This document shows, piece after piece, positions 1-11,955 of a stretch of 64,000 nt of DNA; positions within the stretch are counted from its first letter, which is position 1, and each line of letters begins with the position of its first letter. The stretch lies in the NCBI GenBank assembly GCA_018828385.1, contig JAHJVE010000009.1:36910-100909 (forward strand). The letters run 5' to 3'. Below the pieces are notes generated by a model, which saw nothing but the letters and a program-made list of their open reading frames with translations, searched no databases and was not told where the DNA came from. A program made the translations under genes and the position numbers. This stretch comes from Gammaproteobacteria bacterium (lineage in GTDB: Bacteria > Pseudomonadota > Gammaproteobacteria > Burkholderiales > Rhodocyclaceae).

Positions 1-382
1 CGTCGGTTTTCGTCTTTTCGTCGAGCATGCCGCGGAAGGTGGTCACTTCCAGCGTTTCCTGGCCCATCATGACGTGCACGATCTGGAAGCGGCGGCCGAT
101 GATGCGCGAGCGCCGGAAGGCGCGGCGGACTTCTTCCGGCGTCGCGTCGGTGGCGATGTCGAAATCCTTGGGATCGGCGCCGATCAGCAGGTCGCGCACG
201 GCGCCGCCGACGACGTAGGCCTTGAAGCCGTGGCCCTGCAGGGTTTCGCAAACGCGCCGGCTGCCGGAGCTGATGCGGTCGCGGGTGATGCCGTGGCTGG
301 AGACGGGGATGACGGCCGGCTCGTGGCGGCTGGCTTTGGGTTTCTTGCCGCTGAAGACGCGGGAGATGAGTTTGCGGATCAC
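1..382 (-). CDS. pcnB: Poly(A) polymerase I, N-terminal part (runs off window start)
   Basis: Manual translation from GTG at 382: MIRKLISRVF...GFKAYVVGGAVRDLLIGADPKDFDIATDATPEEVRRAFRRSRIIGRRFQIVHV, the PcnB nucleotidyltransferase motif (GGAVRD, DFD); not in ORF track. Confidence 0.93.
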   Translation of the reverse strand, partial: MIRKLISRVFSGKKPKASRHEPAVIPVSSHGITRDRISSGSRRVCETLQGHGFKAYVVGGAVRDLLIGADPKDFDIATDATPEEVRRAFRRSRIIGRRFQIVHVMMGQETLEVTTFRGMLDEKTKTD

Positions 383-430
383 GAATTACCGTTCAATGAG
401 CGTTCTGGACGCTGCGGGAAAAGGCGGATT

Positions 431-1099
431 CTACCGCAAAGTGATGATTTTCCAGCCCATTTCACTGGCATGCGCATGCAGCTTTTCGTCCGGATCGACG
501 GCTACCGGCGTCTTGACCTTGGTCATCAGCGGCAGGTCGTTGTGCGAGTCGCTGTAGAAATAACTGTCGGCGAAGCTGCCCCACCACAGGCCGAGCGATT
601 CGAGCCAGGCTTCGACGCGGGCGATCTTGCCTTCGCGGAAGGACGGCGTGCCGCTCGGCGACCCTGAAAATCGGCCATTTTCCGGGTTGACCGTGGGAAT
701 CGTGCCGATCAGATGCGGAATGCCGAATTCGCGGCCGATGGCGCCGGTGACGAAGCTGTTGGTGGCGGTGACGATGGCGCACAGGTCGCCGGCGTCGAGA
801 TGTTGCTTGACCAAGGCCCGGGCCGGCTGGCCGATGATCGGCAGGATGTGGCGGGTCATGTATTCACGGTGCCAGGCGTCGAGTTCTTCACGCGAATGGC
901 GGGTCAGCGGGGCGAGCTGGAAATTCAGAAATTCGTAGATGTCGAGCGTGCCGGACTTGTATTGCTCGTAGAACTGAATGTTTTTGGCTTCCTGCAACTC
1001 GCGGTCGACGACGCCCTTGCTGATCAGGAATTGCGCCCATTCAAAGTCGGAGTCGCCGGTGAGCAGGGTGTTGTCGAGGTCGAAGAGGGCGAGTTTCAT
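431..1099 (-). CDS. HAD-IB family hydrolase (SerB/histidinol-phosphatase-like)
   Basis: MKLALFDLDNTLL (HAD motif I), TATN, YSDSHNDLP motifs; conserved hda-HAD-pcnB neighbourhood. Confidence 0.9.
   Translation of the reverse strand: MKLALFDLDNTLLTGDSDFEWAQFLISKGVVDRELQEAKNIQFYEQYKSGTLDIYEFLNFQLAPLTRHSREELDAWHREYMTRHILPIIGQPARALVKQHLDAGDLCAIVTATNSFVTGAIGREFGIPHLIGTIPTVNPENGRFSGSPSGTPSFREGKIARVEAWLESLGLWWGSFADSYFYSDSHNDLPLMTKVKTPVAVDPDEKLHAHASEMGWKIITLR
660..696 (+). repeat. Dispersed TTGACCGT motif (in HAD gene)
   Basis: GAAAATCGGCCATTTTCCGGGTTGACCGTGG. Confidence 0.8.
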
Positions 1100-1220
1100 G
1101 GGGTGGTGGTTCATCCGGGAGTGGTGGCTACGGCGAAAGATGCGCCATTATATCGACATGGGCCTTGGGGCGGCTCTTGCCTCGGGATCGGGGGTCACGA
1201 TGTTGGCTACGGAGATTTCC

Positions 1221-2168
1221 ATGCAATTTATTCTCGGCGTGATTCTGCTGTGCTCATCGCTGCACGGCGTGGCGGGCGAGGTGCTGACCGATGGCGTGCG
1301 GCTGGCGCCCGGCGATTACGAGCGCCATGTGACCCATCAGGGCTTGAACCGACGCTATCTGGTTCATGTGCCGCGCCGGGATGATCCGCTCAAACCGCTC
1401 CCCTTGGTGCTGGCCTTTCACGGCGGTGGCGGACACGCCGAATTCATGGCCGACGACGCGCGTTACGGCTTGATCGGCAAGGCGGACAAGGAGGGCTTTG
1501 TCGTGGTCTTTCCCAATGGCTACAGCCGCCTGCCGGGCGGCCGCTTTGCCACGTGGAATGCTGGTGGCTGCTGCGGCGCTGCCCGCGATGGAAATATCGA
1601 CGACGTCGGCTTTGCGCGTGCCGTTGTCGCGGCCGTCCGCGCGCAGTTGCCGATCGACCCGGAGCGCATCTTTGCGACGGGGATGTCGAACGGCGGCATG
1701 ATGAGTCATCGCCTGGCTTGCGAAGCCGGCGATCTGTTTCGTGCCGTCGCCTCCGTGGCGGGGACCGATGCGACGACAAGTTGCTCACCTTCCCGTGCGG
1801 TTTCCGTCCTTCATATCCATGCCCGCGACGACACCCATGTCCTGTTCAACGGTGGGGCGGGCGAGGGGGCGTTTCGGGATGCGAGCAAGATCATGGATTT
1901 TGTTTCGGTGCCGGAAACGATGGCGCGCTGGGTGCGGCGCAATCGTTGCAGTGCCGCGCCGCCTGCCGTCCGGGCCTGGCCCGGGGCGCACTGCGAAACC
2001 TATTCCGGTTGCGCCGACGGGGTGGCGTTACAGCTCTGCGTGACGGACGACGGCGGTCATAGCTGGCCGGGGGCGCAGCGGGTGCGCCGGGGGAAAGCGC
2101 CTGCGTCAACGGCGCTCGATGCAAACGATACTATCTGGGCGTTTTTCAGGGATGCGGCCAGTCGCTGA
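1221..2168 (+). CDS. Secreted PHB-depolymerase/LpqC-like esterase (alpha/beta hydrolase)
   Basis: GGAG RBS at 1211 then signal-like N-terminus; LVLAFHGGGG, TGMSNGG nucleophile elbow, GGHSWPG. Confidence 0.85.
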   Translation: MQFILGVILLCSSLHGVAGEVLTDGVRLAPGDYERHVTHQGLNRRYLVHVPRRDDPLKPLPLVLAFHGGGGHAEFMADDARYGLIGKADKEGFVVVFPNGYSRLPGGRFATWNAGGCCGAARDGNIDDVGFARAVVAAVRAQLPIDPERIFATGMSNGGMMSHRLACEAGDLFRAVASVAGTDATTSCSPSRAVSVLHIHARDDTHVLFNGGAGEGAFRDASKIMDFVSVPETMARWVRRNRCSAAPPAVRAWPGAHCETYSGCADGVALQLCVTDDGGHSWPGAQRVRRGKAPASTALDANDTIWAFFRDAASR

Positions 2169-2188
2169 TTGGCCAGCTTTTCCTTGCC

Positions 2189-2833
2189 TTAGGAGGCGCG
2201 CAGGATTTCGCGCAGCAGCGGCAGGGTGACGGCGCGCTTTTGTTCGAGGGTGTACTGGTCGAGCGCGACGATGATGGCCGACAATGTACGCATGTCGCGC
2301 GGGGCGTGGCGGAGCAGGTAGTCGATAGCTTCCGGTGACAGCTTGAGGGCGCGCTCTTTGGCCTGGGTGGCCAGGGCTTCGGCCTTTTCGGCATCGGACA
2401 GCGGCTGCAGGCGGCAGATCAGGCCGGAGCCGAGGCGGGTGCGCAGGTCTTCGCGCAGCGTGAGGTGGGCCGGCGGCTGGGCGGCTGCGGTCAACAGCAT
2501 GCCGGAAGCCATTTTCAGGCGGTTGAAATGGTTGAAGAGGGCGATCTGGCCGGCTTCGTCGAGGTATTCAACGTGATCGACGGCCAGTTGCTCCGTCGTC
2601 GGTGCGCTTTTCAGGGCCGGGTCGAGGGCTGCATCGACGTAGGCAAAGCCGCTGGCCTGGAGCAAATGCGAGCATCCCGAGCCGGCTTCGCCCCACAGGC
2701 AGAAAGAGGTGTCGGTGCGTGTTCCGGCCAGCCATTCGGTGAACAGGGCCAGGGTTTCGACGTTGCCGCCGGCGACGAAGTTGTCCAGCGTCGGCGAACT
2801 TTCGGGCAGCAAATCGAGAATCAGCTGGCGCAT
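2189..2833 (-). CDS. hda: DnaA regulatory inactivator Hda
   Basis: MRQLILDL clamp-binding-like motif, LWGEAGSGCSHLL, DLRTRL; synteny with pcnB/purM. Confidence 0.9.
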   Translation of the reverse strand: MRQLILDLLPESSPTLDNFVAGGNVETLALFTEWLAGTRTDTSFCLWGEAGSGCSHLLQASGFAYVDAALDPALKSAPTTEQLAVDHVEYLDEAGQIALFNHFNRLKMASGMLLTAAAQPPAHLTLREDLRTRLGSGLICRLQPLSDAEKAEALATQAKERALKLSPEAIDYLLRHAPRDMRTLSAIIVALDQYTLEQKRAVTLPLLREILRAS

Positions 2834-2913
2834 CGGGATGGCGAATGGGAAAGGGGGCGAAATTCTAGCATTGCTCCCGACCGCGGCGCCGATTTCAGCC
2901 GGCGCTGCGTTGT

Positions 2914-3225
2914 TTACACCGCTGCGCGCTGGAGGATGACGGCCAGTTGGGGGTAGTAGCCGGTACAGCTGTTGCGCATCTGGCGTTCCATTTGCAGGCA
3001 TTCGAGCGTGTTGCGGGCGGCTGGCGACTGGCTCAGCAGGTCGGGAAAGGCTTCGCGTGCATCGAGGACCGAAAAGATGGTGGTCAGCAGGCGGGCGCAG
3101 GCCAGGTAGTAGGCCGGGTCGAGCCGGGCAAACTGGGCGCCGCTGTCACAGGTGTCCAGATAGGCCGCGGCGGAAGTGGCCGATACGGCAAGGGAGCTGA
3201 TCTGAGCTGGGGTGAGGTAGGACAT
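2914..3225 (-). CDS. Hypothetical protein (103 aa)
   Basis: ORF with AAGGAG RBS immediately upstream; no recognisable domain. Confidence 0.6.
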   Translation of the reverse strand: MSYLTPAQISSLAVSATSAAAYLDTCDSGAQFARLDPAYYLACARLLTTIFSVLDAREAFPDLLSQSPAARNTLECLQMERQMRNSCTGYYPQLAVILQRAAV

Positions 3226-3353
3226 GGCGCATCTCCTTCGGTAAAGCTCTACCGGAAAACTAGCCCGGCAAGTTCATTAACGACAGGAAATGCTTCACGT
3301 TTAGTGCATTTACGCGCTGTAACACTTTGCTGCAGCGCGCGTACAAACGCTGC

Positions 3354-4628
<1,275 letters not shown>

Positions 4629-4721
4629 TGCGTTTTCTCCACGGAACAGCGCCGCCGGCGCCAGAAATTCGAACCCGCGATTTTAGCAGAGCGGCCGGCG
4701 GTCTTTTCGGGTGCCGCGCGC

Positions 4722-4758
4722 GATTTGAAATTTGGCCGTTTTTTCCGGTTGACCGTGG
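4722..4758 (+). repeat. Dispersed TTGACCGT motif (intergenic)
   Basis: GATTTGAAATTTGGCCGTTTTTTCCGGTTGACCGTGG. Confidence 0.9.
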
Positions 4759-4885
4759 TAATGCGTTTTTTTCGCCAAATGGCCGGAATGGCGAGGCCGC
4801 TCGGCCGGTTAGGGGAGCTTGGCGGTTTCGGGTAAAATCGCCGTTTTTTCCAGCAGCGTTTGCTGCCCCTTGGCGCCTAAAGACC

Positions 4886-5929
4886 ATGACCCAGAACACT
4901 TCCCTCTCCTACCGTGATGCCGGCGTCGATATCGATGCCGGTGATGCCCTCGTCGAACGTATCAAGCCGTTGGCCCGCAAGACCCTGCGCGACGGCGTGC
5001 TCGGTGGCATCGGCGGTTTCGGCGCGCTGTTCGAAGTGCCGAAGCGTTACAAGGAGCCGGTGCTGGTGTCCGGGACCGATGGTGTCGGCACCAAGCTGCG
5101 CCTGGCTTTCGATCTGAATCGCCACGACACCGTCGGTCAGGATCTGGTTGCCATGAGCGTCAATGACATCCTGGTGCTCGGCGCCGAATCGCTGTTCTTC
5201 CTCGACTACTTCGCCTGCGGCAAGCTCGATGTCGATACCGCTGCGGCGGTTGTCGGCGGCATCGCCAAGGGTTGCGAACTGGCCGGCTGCGCGCTGATCG
5301 GTGGCGAAACGGCCGAAATGCCGGGCATGTACCCGGCTGGCGAATACGACCTGGCCGGTTTTGCCGTTGGCGTCGTTGAAAAATCCAAGGCCATCGACGG
5401 CAAGGCTTCGATTGCTCCGGGCGATGTGGTGCTCGGTCTGGCTTCCTCGGGCGCCCACTCCAACGGTTACTCGCTGGTGCGCAAGATCATCGAACGCTCC
5501 AACCCGGACATGAACGCCAAGTTCGACGGCGAGCGCACGCTGGCCGACGTCGTCATGGCGCCGACCCGCATCTACGTCAAGCAGGTGCTGGCGACCATGG
5601 AAAAGGTTGCGATCAAGGGCATGGCCCACATCACCGGCGGTGGCCTGCTCGAAAACGTGCCGCGCGTGTTGCCGGATAACACCGTGGCCGAGCTGGAAAA
5701 GGCCGCCTGGCCGCGTCCCAAGCTGTTCGACTGGATGCAGGCCGAAGGCAATGTCGCCGAAAACGAAATGCACCGCGTCTTCAATTGCGGTATCGGCCTG
5801 GTCGTCGTCGTTGCCGCGGCCGACGCGGATGCCGCCATGGCTGAACTCAAGGCGCAGGGCGAAGCCGTTTATCGCATCGGCAAGATCCGGGCGCGTGCGG
5901 GTGACGAAGCGCAGACCGTCGTCGTCTAA
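4886..5929 (+). CDS. purM: Phosphoribosylformylglycinamidine cyclo-ligase (AIR synthase)
   Basis: [36 protein letters not shown]. Confidence 0.97.
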   Translation: MTQNTSLSYRDAGVDIDAGDALVERIKPLARKTLRDGVLGGIGGFGALFEVPKRYKEPVLVSGTDGVGTKLRLAFDLNRHDTVGQDLVAMSVNDILVLGAESLFFLDYFACGKLDVDTAAAVVGGIAKGCELAGCALIGGETAEMPGMYPAGEYDLAGFAVGVVEKSKAIDGKASIAPGDVVLGLASSGAHSNGYSLVRKIIERSNPDMNAKFDGERTLADVVMAPTRIYVKQVLATMEKVAIKGMAHITGGGLLENVPRVLPDNTVAELEKAAWPRPKLFDWMQAEGNVAENEMHRVFNCGIGLVVVVAAADADAAMAELKAQGEAVYRIGKIRARAGDEAQTVVV

Positions 5930-6509
5930 GGACGCGTGGCGGGCCGCGGCGATCATCGTCGGCGGCCTGCTACTGCTCAATGGCTGGTCGTCCGTCCGGG
6001 CGGCGAGCAACAAGCCGCCGCACCCGGTGGCATCCAAAGCTAGCCATGCCGAGCCGGCGCCAGCCTTCGGGCCGGCTGACCTGATTGAGGATGGCACCCC
6101 AGGCCTGCGCGGCCTGGCCAGTTTTTACGGCAAGAAATTTGATGGCCGCCAGACGGCCACCGGCGAACGTTTCGACGCCCGGCAATTTACTGCGGCCAGC
6201 AATCGCTTTCCCCTTGGCACCCTGCTCGCCGTTCGGCGCGCCGACAACGACCGGTGCGCCATCGTCAAGGTCAATGACCGGATGCACCGGAAACACCGCA
6301 AACGCATCATCGACGTCTCGCGCAGCGTCGCCGAATACCTCGGCATGGTCCGGGCCGGCGTTGTCTTCGTCAGCGTGGCGCCGGTGAAAAATGGCCGGCC
6401 GGCTGCTGGCTCCGCCGTGTGTCTCGCCGCCTTCGCGCCCGAGCCGGAGTGCGAATCCTGCGGTCAACCGCAAAAAATGCCGGAATTCCTCCCCCCGATC
6501 GAAAACTGA
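5901..6509 (+). CDS. RlpA-family (DPBB) lytic transglycosylase-like protein; start uncertain
   Basis: [37 protein letters not shown]; first in-frame start near the signal-like segment is GTG 5901 overlapping purM. Confidence 0.75.
   Translation: MTKRRPSSSKDAWRAAAIIVGGLLLLNGWSSVRAASNKPPHPVASKASHAEPAPAFGPADLIEDGTPGLRGLASFYGKKFDGRQTATGERFDARQFTAASNRFPLGTLLAVRRADNDRCAIVKVNDRMHRKHRKRIIDVSRSVAEYLGMVRAGVVFVSVAPVKNGRPAAGSAVCLAAFAPEPECESCGQPQKMPEFLPPIEN
6458..6494 (-). repeat. Dispersed TTGACCGT motif, variant (in rlpA-like gene)
   Basis: Reverse complement AATTCCGGCATTTTTTGCGGTTGACCGCAG. Confidence 0.65.
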
Positions 6510-6591
6510 TTGTTATCGGAAAACCCGGTCGCTTCGTTACAATTCCGGCTATTGCTGACTGTCCGGTCAGTTCGAACTTTTGCCGAATCCC

Positions 6592-7728
6592 ATGAATAAA
6601 AATACCCGTTTCGGAATCATCGCCATCGCACTCGCCGGCTTGGCGGGCCTCGGTTACTACGCCTACACCGCTAACCGGGCGCCTGCCGCCGAGCCAGTCA
6701 CCTCGGCCGGTGCGCCGGGCAAGTCGGGCGGTGGTGCGGCACCGGCCAGCCCACCGACGGCGGTCGAAGTGGCGCGTGTGGCGGCCAGCGATTTTGCCGA
6801 CGACGTGGCGGCCGTCGGTACGCTCAAGTCGAACGAATCCGTTGTCCTGCGCCCGGAAACGGCGGGGCGTGTGGCGTCGATTGGCTTCAAGGATGGGGCC
6901 ATCGTGGCCAAGGGAACGGTGCTCGTCGTTTTCGACGCCGCGATTCAGGATGCCGAAGTGCAGCAGGCCCGGGCCAACCTGGCGCTGGCCAAAAGCAGCT
7001 ATGAGCGCAATGTCGAGCTGGTCGGCAAGAAGTTCCTGAGCCAGCAGGCGCTCGACAGCTCGGCGGCAACGCTCAAGGTGCAGGAAGCCGCCGTCCAGCT
7101 GGCCGAAGCCAAGGCCGCGAAAATGCGCATCAAGGCGCCATTCACCGGTATGGTCGGGCTGCGCAACGTGAGCGTCGGCGATTACCTCAAGGATGGCCAG
7201 GATCTGATCAACATCGAGGATGTCGCCACCTTGCGCGTCGATTTCAAGCTGCCGGAAAACTATCTCGGCCGCGTCCGCAAGGGGCAGGTTGTCGAGGTCC
7301 AGTCCGATGCTTTGCCCGGTGAGCGCTTCACGGCCGTGCTCGATGCCATCGACCCGCTGGTCGACGAGAACGGTCGCGCGATTTCCGCCCGCGCCCGGCT
7401 CGACAACGCCAAGGGCAAGCTGCGGCCCGGCATGTTCGTTCGCGTCCGCCTGCTGTTCGGCGAGCGCAAGGGCGTGCTCATGGTGCCCGAGCAGGCCATC
7501 GTGCCGGGTGGTCAGCCGGCGGTATTCAAGGTGGTCGACGGCAAGGCCAGCCAGGTCAAGGTTCGGCTCGGTGTGCGCCGGGCGGCCCAGGTCGAGGTCG
7601 TTGACGGGCTGGCGGCCGGCGACGTCGTGGTCACGGCTGGCCAGTTGAAGCTGCGCGAAGGTGCGGCGGTGCGGCCGGTTGGTGACGGCGCGCCGACGAC
7701 CGGCCAAGGGACGGCGGCCGGCAAATGA
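6592..7728 (+). CDS. RND efflux membrane-fusion (periplasmic adaptor) protein
   Basis: N-terminal TM, lipoyl/hairpin halves, IKAPFTGMVG, LRPGMFV; ATGA overlap with permease. Confidence 0.93.
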   Translation: MNKNTRFGIIAIALAGLAGLGYYAYTANRAPAAEPVTSAGAPGKSGGGAAPASPPTAVEVARVAASDFADDVAAVGTLKSNESVVLRPETAGRVASIGFKDGAIVAKGTVLVVFDAAIQDAEVQQARANLALAKSSYERNVELVGKKFLSQQALDSSAATLKVQEAAVQLAEAKAAKMRIKAPFTGMVGLRNVSVGDYLKDGQDLINIEDVATLRVDFKLPENYLGRVRKGQVVEVQSDALPGERFTAVLDAIDPLVDENGRAISARARLDNAKGKLRPGMFVRVRLLFGERKGVLMVPEQAIVPGGQPAVFKVVDGKASQVKVRLGVRRAAQVEVVDGLAAGDVVVTAGQLKLREGAAVRPVGDGAPTTGQGTAAGK

Positions 7729-10700
7729 AGATTTCCGAGGTCTGCATCAAGCGCCCGGTCTTCGCGACCGTGTTGTCGCTCGTCATCATGCTGCTCGGCA
7801 TCGTCTCCTATGACCGGCTGCCGGTGCGCGAGTATCCGAAGATCGACGAGCCGGTGGTGACGGTGACGACCGATTACCGGGGCGCCTCGGCCGACATCAT
7901 CGAGTCGCAGGTGACCAAGCCGCTCGAGGATTCGCTGGCCGGGATCGAAGGAGTGGAAGTGATCACTTCCATTTCGCGGGCCGAACGCAGCCAGATTTCG
8001 GTGCGCTTCAAGCTCGAGCGAGCGCCTGATTCGGCGGCTTCCGATGTCCGCGACCGGGTATCCCGTGTCCGTAGCAAGTTACCGGATGAGGTCGACGAAC
8101 CGGTCATTGCCAAGGTCGAGGCCGATGCCAATCCGGTGATCTGGATCGCCTTTTCGTCAGACCGGCACTCGGCGCTGGAAGTCACCGACGTCGCCACACG
8201 CATCGTCAAGCCGCGTCTGCAGACCTTGCCCGGCGCCGCCGATGTGCGCGTTTTCGGCGACCGCAAGTTCGCCATGCGCATCTGGCTCGACAAGCAGCGA
8301 CTGGCCGCTTACCAGCTGACCCCGGCCGACGTCGAGGATGCCTTGCGCAAGCAGAATGTCGAGGTGCCGGCCGGGCGCATCGAAAGCCGCGAACGCGAGT
8401 TTTCCGTGGTCGCCAACACCGATCTGAGAACGCCCGAGGAGTTCGCTGCCGTCGTCGTCCGGACGGTCAATGGCTATCCGGTGCGCATCGGCGACCTGGG
8501 CCGGGTCGAGATCGGCGCCGCTTCCGAGCGCAGTACCGTCCGCTTCAAGGGCCGTTCGGCCGTGGCGCTCGGCGTCATCAAGCAGGCCACGGCCAATCCG
8601 CTCGAATTGTCGAAAGCACTGCGCGCCGAGGTGCCGAAGATCACCAGCGAGCTGCCGGAGGGCATGAGCGCCAATCTCTCCTACGACTCTTCGGTGTTCA
8701 TAGAGCGCTCGATCGAGTCGGTATTCACGACCATCGGCGAAGCCATCCTGCTCGTCCTGGCGATCATTTTCTTCTTCCTGCGCAATGTTCGGGCGACGCT
8801 GATCCCGCTGGTCACCATTCCGGTGTCGCTGGTCGGTGCCTTCGGCATCATGTTCGCCCTCGGCTTCACGATCAACACGCTGACCCTGCTGGCGCTGGTG
8901 CTGGCCATTGGCCTCGTCGTCGACGACGCCATCGTCATGCTCGAAAACATCTTCCGTCACATTGAGGAGGGCGTGCCGCGCCTGCAGGCGGCCTTGCTGG
9001 GGGCCAAGGAAATCGGCTTTGCGGTGGTTGCGATGACGCTGACACTGGCCGCGGTGTATGCGCCGGTCGCCTTCATGACCGGACGCACCGGCAAGCTGTT
9101 CATCGAATTCGCCCTGACCCTGGCCGGCGCCGTGCTCGTCTCCGGCTTCGTCGCGCTGACCCTGTCGCCGATGATGTGTTCGGTCCTGCTCAAGCATGAG
9201 GAAAAGCACGGCAAGGTCTTCCTGATCGTCGAAGGCTTCCTGAACTGGTTGAATTTTGGCTATAAACGGGCGTTGACCGTAGCATTGAACCGTCGCTGGA
9301 TCGTCCTCGTCGGTTTCGTTCTGGTTGCCGCCTCTTGCGGCGTTCTGCTCAAGGCACTCAAGTCCGAACTGGCCCCGGTCGAGGATCGCGGCATCATTTT
9401 CGGCATGTTCCTCGGGCCGGAAGGCGCAACGCTCGATTACACCGAAAAGTACGCCCGCCAGATCGAAGGCATCTACAGCCAGACCAAGGATTCCGAGCGC
9501 TATTTCGTCGTCGCCGGCAACCCGACGGTCAGCCAGGGCATCTCCATCCTCGGCCTGACCGACTGGAATGAGCGCAGCCGCCGTTCGCCGGAAATCGCCA
9601 AGGAATTGTTCCCGAAATTCGCTGCCATTCCCGGCGTCATGGCTTTCCCGATCACGCCGCCCTCGCTTGGCCAGAGCGCGCGCGAGCGGCCGGTCAATTT
9701 TGTCGTCGTCACCTCCGCCTCCTACGACGAGTTGCAGAAGGTGACCGGGCAGATACTGGCTGAAGTCGCCAAGAACCCGTTGCTGATCAATGTCGATACC
9801 GACCTCAGGCTCAACAAGCCGGAGCTGTCGGTCAACGTCAGGCGCGACAAGGCGGCCGACCTCGGCGTGCCGGTCGAAACCATCGGCCGGACGCTGGAAA
9901 CCTTCCTCGGCGGCCGGCAGGTCACGCGCTTCAAGCGCGATGGCGAGCAGTATGACGTGATCGTCCAGGTCGCTGAAGCCGAGCGGCGCAATCCCGACGA
10001 CATTCGCGACATCTACGTGCGCGGCCGCGACGGGAGCATGATTTCGCTGGAAAATCTGGTCGATGTGAAAGAAACGATCAGCCCGCGCGAACTCAACCAC
10101 TTCGGCCAGCGCCGCGCCGTGGCGATCACCGCCAACCTGGCGCCGGGCTACACGCTCGGCGAGGCGCTGACGTTCATGGACGGCGTCGCCGAACGGGTGC
10201 TCAAGCCGGGCTATGCCGCCGACTACAACGGCCAGTCGCGTGAATTCCGCCAATCGTCGTCATCGCTGGCCTTTACCTTCGGCCTCGCGCTGGCCTTCAT
10301 CTACCTCGTGCTGGCCGCCCAGTTCGAGAGTTTCCGCGACCCCTTCATCATCATGCTCACCGTGCCGCTGTCGATGGCCGGCGCACTGCTCGCCCTCTGG
10401 CTGTCCGGCGGCACGCTCAACGTCTATAGCCAGATCGGCCTGGTCACCCTGGTCGGCCTGATTACCAAGCACGGCATCCTGATCGTCGAGTTCGCCAACC
10501 AGTTGCAGGAAAAGGGCATGGCAATCAAGGAGGCGGTCATCGAATCGGCCTTCCTGCGCCTCCGGCCGATTCTCATGACGACCGGCGCCATGGTCCTCGG
10601 CGCCGTGCCGCTGGCTTTCAGTACCGGGGCGGGGGCAGAATCGAGGCAGCAGATCGGCTGGGTCATCGTCGGCGGTCTGCTGCTTGGTACCTTCTTCACG

Positions 10701-10763
10701 CTGTTCGTGGTGCCGACGGTGTATTCGCTGCTCGCCGCGACCAAGAAGGCAGAATCCGCTTGA
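7725..10763 (+). CDS. RND efflux permease (AcrB/MexI-like, 1012 aa)
   Basis: CIKRPVFATV, GLVVDDAIVMLENI, RLRPILMTT. Confidence 0.95.
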   Translation: MKISEVCIKRPVFATVLSLVIMLLGIVSYDRLPVREYPKIDEPVVTVTTDYRGASADIIESQVTKPLEDSLAGIEGVEVITSISRAERSQISVRFKLERAPDSAASDVRDRVSRVRSKLPDEVDEPVIAKVEADANPVIWIAFSSDRHSALEVTDVATRIVKPRLQTLPGAADVRVFGDRKFAMRIWLDKQRLAAYQLTPADVEDALRKQNVEVPAGRIESREREFSVVANTDLRTPEEFAAVVVRTVNGYPVRIGDLGRVEIGAASERSTVRFKGRSAVALGVIKQATANPLELSKALRAEVPKITSELPEGMSANLSYDSSVFIERSIESVFTTIGEAILLVLAIIFFFLRNVRATLIPLVTIPVSLVGAFGIMFALGFTINTLTLLALVLAIGLVVDDAIVMLENIFRHIEEGVPRLQAALLGAKEIGFAVVAMTLTLAAVYAPVAFMTGRTGKLFIEFALTLAGAVLVSGFVALTLSPMMCSVLLKHEEKHGKVFLIVEGFLNWLNFGYKRALTVALNRRWIVLVGFVLVAASCGVLLKALKSELAPVEDRGIIFGMFLGPEGATLDYTEKYARQIEGIYSQTKDSERYFVVAGNPTVSQGISILGLTDWNERSRRSPEIAKELFPKFAAIPGVMAFPITPPSLGQSARERPVNFVVVTSASYDELQKVTGQILAEVAKNPLLINVDTDLRLNKPELSVNVRRDKAADLGVPVETIGRTLETFLGGRQVTRFKRDGEQYDVIVQVAEAERRNPDDIRDIYVRGRDGSMISLENLVDVKETISPRELNHFGQRRAVAITANLAPGYTLGEALTFMDGVAERVLKPGYAADYNGQSREFRQSSSSLAFTFGLALAFIYLVLAAQFESFRDPFIIMLTVPLSMAGALLALWLSGGTLNVYSQIGLVTLVGLITKHGILIVEFANQLQEKGMAIKEAVIESAFLRLRPILMTTGAMVLGAVPLAFSTGAGAESRQQIGWVIVGGLLLGTFFTLFVVPTVYSLLAATKKAESA
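9246..9282 (+). repeat. Dispersed TTGACCGT motif (in RND permease)
   Basis: GAATTTTGGCTATAAACGGGCGTTGACCGTAG. Confidence 0.7.
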
Positions 10764-10791
10764 TTGAATGTTTGCTCGATTTCGGCAAAAA

Positions 10792-10804
10792 CTACAAAAT
10801 GTAG
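10792..10804. promoter_or_regulatory. Palindrome CTACA-AAA-TGTAG (putative TF site)
   Basis: Perfect 5-bp arms 24 bp upstream of response regulator; same arms at 13070. Confidence 0.45.
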
Positions 10805-10827
10805 AAAATCGAATCCGGGGGTAAGGT

Positions 10828-11955
10828 ATGGACGCAAACCTGCGTGTTTTTGTCGTCGACGACGATCAGGTCATTCTGGATGTGCTGGCTGAAACGCTTG
10901 GCGGTGGTTGCGATCTTGAAACTTTCGTTTCCGGGAAAGCCTGCCTGGACCGTTTGGCTGCAGTCAAACCTGATCTCTTCCTGCTCGATGTCTCGATGCC
11001 GGTCATGGATGGCTACGCCTTGTGCCGGCATCTGAAGGACGATTGGGAGACGCAGGATATACCGGTGCTCTTCGCTTCGGCGAGAGACGACAGCGAAACG
11101 CGGCTGCTCTGCTATGAAGCGGGGGGCGACGATTTTATCCAGAAGCCGTTTTCGCCGGTCGAACTGGCAGGCAAACTGAAGGTGGCCGGCCGCATCCTCG
11201 ACGAAAAAAAAGCGCTTCGCGAACAGGCTGGTTACGCCCAGAAAACAGCCATGGCGGCCATGGTCAGCATGGGCGAACTGGGTGTCGTCCTGCAGTTCAT
11301 GAGCAAGTCCTTCGCCTGCGATAGTATCGAAGACCTTGCCGGGGCCATGATCGATGCCATGGGGCAGTATGACCTGCAGGCCGCCATCCAGATGCGTCTG
11401 GGCAACGATGTTCTGTCGTTGAGCCAGAACGGACGGAACGTGCCGCTCGAAGTTTCGGTGCTCAACCATGTGCGCGACAGTGGCCGGATCTTTCAGTTCA
11501 AGACGCGCTGTGTCTTCAACTATGGCCGTGTCACGCTGATGGTCAACAACATGCCGGTGGATGATGCCGAGCGTTGCGGCCGCATCCGTGACAACGGCGC
11601 CCTGTTGGCCGAAGGCGCCGATGCCCGGCTCAAGGCAATCGAGGCCGAAATGCTTGCGGCACGGCGACGCGCCGGCATCGAGCTGGCGTTGCCTCGGCTG
11701 TATTCAACGCTGGATGGCGTGCAGAACAACTACCGGCGCAACTGTTTCGAGCTGACGCAGGTAATGATCGATTTTCAGGAGGCGTTGACCAAGGCGTTCA
11801 TCCATCTCGGGCTCATGGAAAAGCAGGAAGAGCTGCTCAGCAATATGGCCAACGAGTTCATGCTACGAGTGGTCGGGACGCAGGATGCCTCGCTGGAAAT
11901 TGTCGGCCAGCTCGAAATGCTGGCCGAAGACCTCAAGGTACTGCTCAAGCACTGA
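10828..11955 (+). CDS. Response regulator (REC domain + uncharacterised output region)
   Basis: [24 protein letters not shown]. Confidence 0.85.
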   Translation: MDANLRVFVVDDDQVILDVLAETLGGGCDLETFVSGKACLDRLAAVKPDLFLLDVSMPVMDGYALCRHLKDDWETQDIPVLFASARDDSETRLLCYEAGGDDFIQKPFSPVELAGKLKVAGRILDEKKALREQAGYAQKTAMAAMVSMGELGVVLQFMSKSFACDSIEDLAGAMIDAMGQYDLQAAIQMRLGNDVLSLSQNGRNVPLEVSVLNHVRDSGRIFQFKTRCVFNYGRVTLMVNNMPVDDAERCGRIRDNGALLAEGADARLKAIEAEMLAARRRAGIELALPRLYSTLDGVQNNYRRNCFELTQVMIDFQEALTKAFIHLGLMEKQEELLSNMANEFMLRVVGTQDASLEIVGQLEMLAEDLKVLLKH